Assembly: GCA_023213395.1 (NCBI GenBank)
Contig: CM041465.1
Location: forward strand, 155,317,741-155,381,740
Source of the DNA: Cycas panzhihuaensis
Lineage: Eukaryota; Plantae; Cycadophyta
Length of the DNA: 64,000 nucleotides
Direction of reading: 5' to 3'
Shown: piece by piece, positions 55,392 to 64,000 of the stretch
Layout of the letters: each line of letters opens with the position of its first letter
Position numbering within the stretch: the stretch's first letter is position 1
The notes under the pieces: model-generated
The model's database searches: none
Told to the model about the DNA's origin: nothing
Seen by the model: the letters and a program-made list of their open reading frames with translations, nothing else
Program-made: the position numbers and the translations under genes

Positions 55392-58300
55392 TGTTAGCAT
55401 TAGTCTCTTAATGAAATGTACTTTATGTGCATTTAGATGTAATTTTGGGTTTATTTCATTAGGTGGAAAAATCCTAACCCTAATGCTCACCCTCAATAAT
55501 AAAAGGCAAAATCTCAAGGAGGAAGCCATTATTCATTCTCACCTCCAAGCTTGCTCTCATATATTGTTTTATCTCTTTTTCATTTTCTATTGTCATTATA
55601 TGTATGTGAGTGATTTATTCCCTAGATCCATCATTCCTTCATGTGGTATCAGAGTTAAAAAGGAATATATTCACTCCATTCCACTTGTATGGAGTCATTT
55701 TGTCTCTCCTTCACCTTCAATATGAAGTATTAAGAGCACTCATCAATTTTAACATTTTAAGAGCTTAAAATTATAGTACTTTATATGTTACTATTTTTTC
55801 TATGTGTGAAAATTTTCAAAGGTGGAAAATACAGGTTTTTTAAGCCGTTTAGTTGTCAGAACATTCTCGGAAGTATTAAAGGCTTATAATTTTATGAAAA
55901 AAATAATAATCTTATATTTTGATAAAATTTGGTATGTAGTGTCATCTTGACTAGAGGATCATTTTTTTCTTCTAGAGTAGCTTCAGATTCAACCAACAAT
56001 AGTGAGTTTTAACTAAAATAAAAGGGTAAATTTTATGGATAAGTGACTTAAGGCACTTTTCCAATGAAATCCTTTAATTATAAGCTAAAAATATAAACAT
56101 TTTTTTAAGGGATCTAGTAAATTTATGTATTATGATCATTTTAAGATAAATCTCATCAAATTTCATCCACTAGTTAGTGAGATCTATGCAATTTTCTCAC
56201 AGATGTTGAATTTGCCTACTCAACCCCATAAAAGACATTACGAGGGTATTTTGGGTAATTTTTGGGTTGATTTTAGAGATGATGCAGAAGGAAAAGTTGA
56301 TGTATATGTCAATACATAACTTTTGACATATTAGAGTTCAAATTCTGACATGGTGGATTTGGTAGAATTCTGCTTTTGTGTTTTTTTCAAGTAAAAATGT
56401 TTTATGCCTTTTTACAAATTTGACTTCATTACTCTATCAGAAATGATATTTTAAACACTTTTTCTTTCTTCCATAAATTCAAATTCTATCATTTATGCCT
56501 TCATATTTGTAAAATTTAGAAAATTATACCCATTTATCATTATTTATAATTTTTGTAAAAAAATTCACAAAATAGGGCAAAATAACATGCATATATATTT
56601 AGAAAAATTAGTATTTTAACGTCAAGTTGATCCATTTTTTAGCTCATTGTGGCTTTTGTATTAAAATTTCTAAAAATATATTTAGAAACATTGTACTAAA
56701 GTAAGGGAAACCTTGGATCGGAAGTAATGTCTAGTTCCCCTACTAAATCTAGCATGCTTTCTCTATTTGCACACATAGCATAAAGCATCACAAAAAATAA
56801 TAACAATGACAAAGCAAGCATGAAAGGCAAGCAAGCACATTTGGTAACTTTCTATTTTAATTTTTAGTTATTCAAAAGTAACTTATATTATTCCTAAAAG
56901 GAATCTCATTCGTATGATCTATACCACCAGTTCTTGACTTATGCGCACACTCGCCTTGGTTGAAATAGACCATGGTTGGCCAAAGTCTGGGTTTTAAGGG
57001 AGGTGTGAGTTTCATATGGGGTCTAGTCTTAACTGGAATAATGGTGGAAGGACAGGTTAGCCATACCTACGACCTTCAATGAGGGATAATACTAATAACC
57101 ACCCAGGAAAACTGAAAACGTTAATGCAAGATTAAAATTAACCTAGTCCAATATCCATCAGAGCCATGGGATATGCACGTACCATTTGACTCTTCAGAGG
57201 ATGTATATAACTACTCACTAGTAAACTGTGTGAGGACTAAGAGTACCTAGGCTCCACTATGACTTGGATTCCATCACCAAGCGCAGGTGTGGGTATCACA
57301 GGTGAAGGCCCTAATAGTATAATAGAAGCCTTAGGCATTGAAACCTCACATACATTTGGATATAAGTTAGAGGTTAGTGGCATAATACATCACCACTCTT
57401 TGCCAGCTCTACATTAGACCTCATTCTTGCATCATTACTTATATTCATTTTTTATAATTATTAAAAAATACTTAATAATTGCTTGCTTCTCATCATAGCA
57501 TTCATTTCTGCATCCCTACTATGCTAAGTATACTAGCCACACGTGCCCGTGGCACATACTTCTATCATCTCTTCTACTTCATCATCACCATGTCATCTCA
57601 ATTCAAGTAGAATGTTAACTACATATTAAAAGACAAAGAAAATTAAGATTTGTGGTACACTAGAGTTAAAAATAATGCAAAGTATGAAGGCCTTTGGAGA
57701 GCCTATTTGCAGCCTACACCCATCATATCATCAACAACTACAACACCTGCTTTTGGTGGACCCACCCCAATAGCTCCTATAGATGTTATAGCTAAACTAC
57801 AATGGGAGATAGATGATGAAAAGATTCATGCAGGAATTTTGTTGGTTACTGATCACTCCTTACACAACTTGATTAATGAAGAGCAATATGATACAGCCTA
57901 AAAGGTCCTTGAAGTTCTCAAGAAGAACTTTGACACCAAGTCAGATTTAGAATTTGTTCATCTTGTTCTAAAAATGAATAAATTAAAAATGTAGAAGGGA
58001 TAAGATCATAAGACAATAAATCTCCTTCGACCAATAAAATAGGCAATTGATAAAGATTTTAAGACTCAATGTATCACTTGGGCATTCTTGATCCAATCAT
58101 GTCTATATGTCCCTGATTATAAAAACCTGCTTGGAATTCTTCAATCTAGTGGAACATTGAAGACACTCAACTTGAAGCACTTGTTGAGAAGTTCATAGAA
58201 TTTGACAAGACCTTTGATACCAACTTTGTAGCCTCTAACTCTCTTCTAGATGTAGCCTTTGAGGTGGAAGAAGTTTGTTACATAAAAAATCAAGGTCCCT

Positions 58301-58816
58301 CTCATGGCAGAGGAAATAACTAAGGGAGAGGAAGAAGAAAAAATATGGGAAATCATCCATAAGGTCAACTAAAACCTTAGGCACATCCCCAATAGTCTCA
58401 AGGCTAAGGGTCACCTCAATAAAGAGCAAGACAGTTAGGCCAAACCAATACCCTCTTCAAGGACTAGTAATCAAACTATTATGTGTGATTGGTGTAACTG
58501 TAAATGACTTAGAAAAAGACTATAGAACTGCCACTTATAAATTGACCAAGTTCCAACTAAAACATGGAGCTCACAATGTTGAAGAAACTTATGAAGAATC
58601 CTTTAGTGGTGTAGCTTTTGTATAAGCATACTTTCAAAAAATTGAGGGATCTTCAGCATCAAATGCCATTAACCAACCAAAGAGATACTTTGAAGCTTGA
58701 TGTGGATATATCACTTATGAATTCCCTTCATCAATGCCAAGCCCTATTGGAATTACAAATAGTATGGCTTCAATCAATAGACAGTGGATCATGGACACAG
58801 GAGCAACTCAACATAT
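55392..58816 (+). mobile_element. Element K: Ty1/Copia 5' half; LTR 55392-55641; ~1.9-kb leader; interrupted by H
   Basis: TGTTAG...CTTCA LTR; PBS TGGTATCAGAG at 55644-55654; gag from ~57590. Confidence 0.85.
57590..58816 (+). pseudogene. K gag and start of protease
   Basis: N.DLWYTRVK gag start; decayed knuckle CDWC at ~58483; protease WIMDTGATQH is cut at 58816. Confidence 0.85.

Positions 58817-64000
<5,184 letters not shown>

Noticed and set aside
57160-57193. GAGCC...GCACGTAC, resembling group II intron domain V
   Set aside because: The canonical 34-nt DV helix with a GNRA loop and GGTTC 3' arm is absent, and no domain VI or maturase was seen. I treat it as one hairpin of the K leader island.

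Overview
This window is AT-rich plant heterochromatin made entirely of nested, decayed LTR retrotransposons. A gymnosperm origin is inferred from the element types and their state of decay. I found no host gene, rRNA, tRNA or CRISPR array. Labels below are my own. The oldest scaffold is a plus-strand non-chromoviral Ty3/Gypsy element (Gy2, 11178 to about 49364). Its integrase is cut into five pieces by four TSD-flanked insertions: non-autonomous A (12866-24866, itself holding sister elements B and C in its 5' LTR), non-autonomous D (24987-29946), full-length Copia E (30055-35265), and gag-only F (35800-46413, holding full-length Copia G in its 3' LTR). A second Gypsy (Gy1, minus strand, from before base 1 to 11177) abuts the start of the Gy2 RT. 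The right end holds truncated Copia I, fragment J, a chromovirus-type RT fragment, Copia K, and non-autonomous H with a 1.36-kb TA microsatellite. All coding regions are pseudogenes. Most notable: (1) a roughly 400-nt multi-stem non-coding element conserved just upstream of gag in two otherwise dissimilar long-leader Copia families, with an analogous island in a third; (2) three families whose LTRs have grown by a 30-34 bp duplication of the LTR end plus PBS; (3) a Q/G/P/Y heptad prion-like tract in one Gag. Boundaries and alignments were read by eye.
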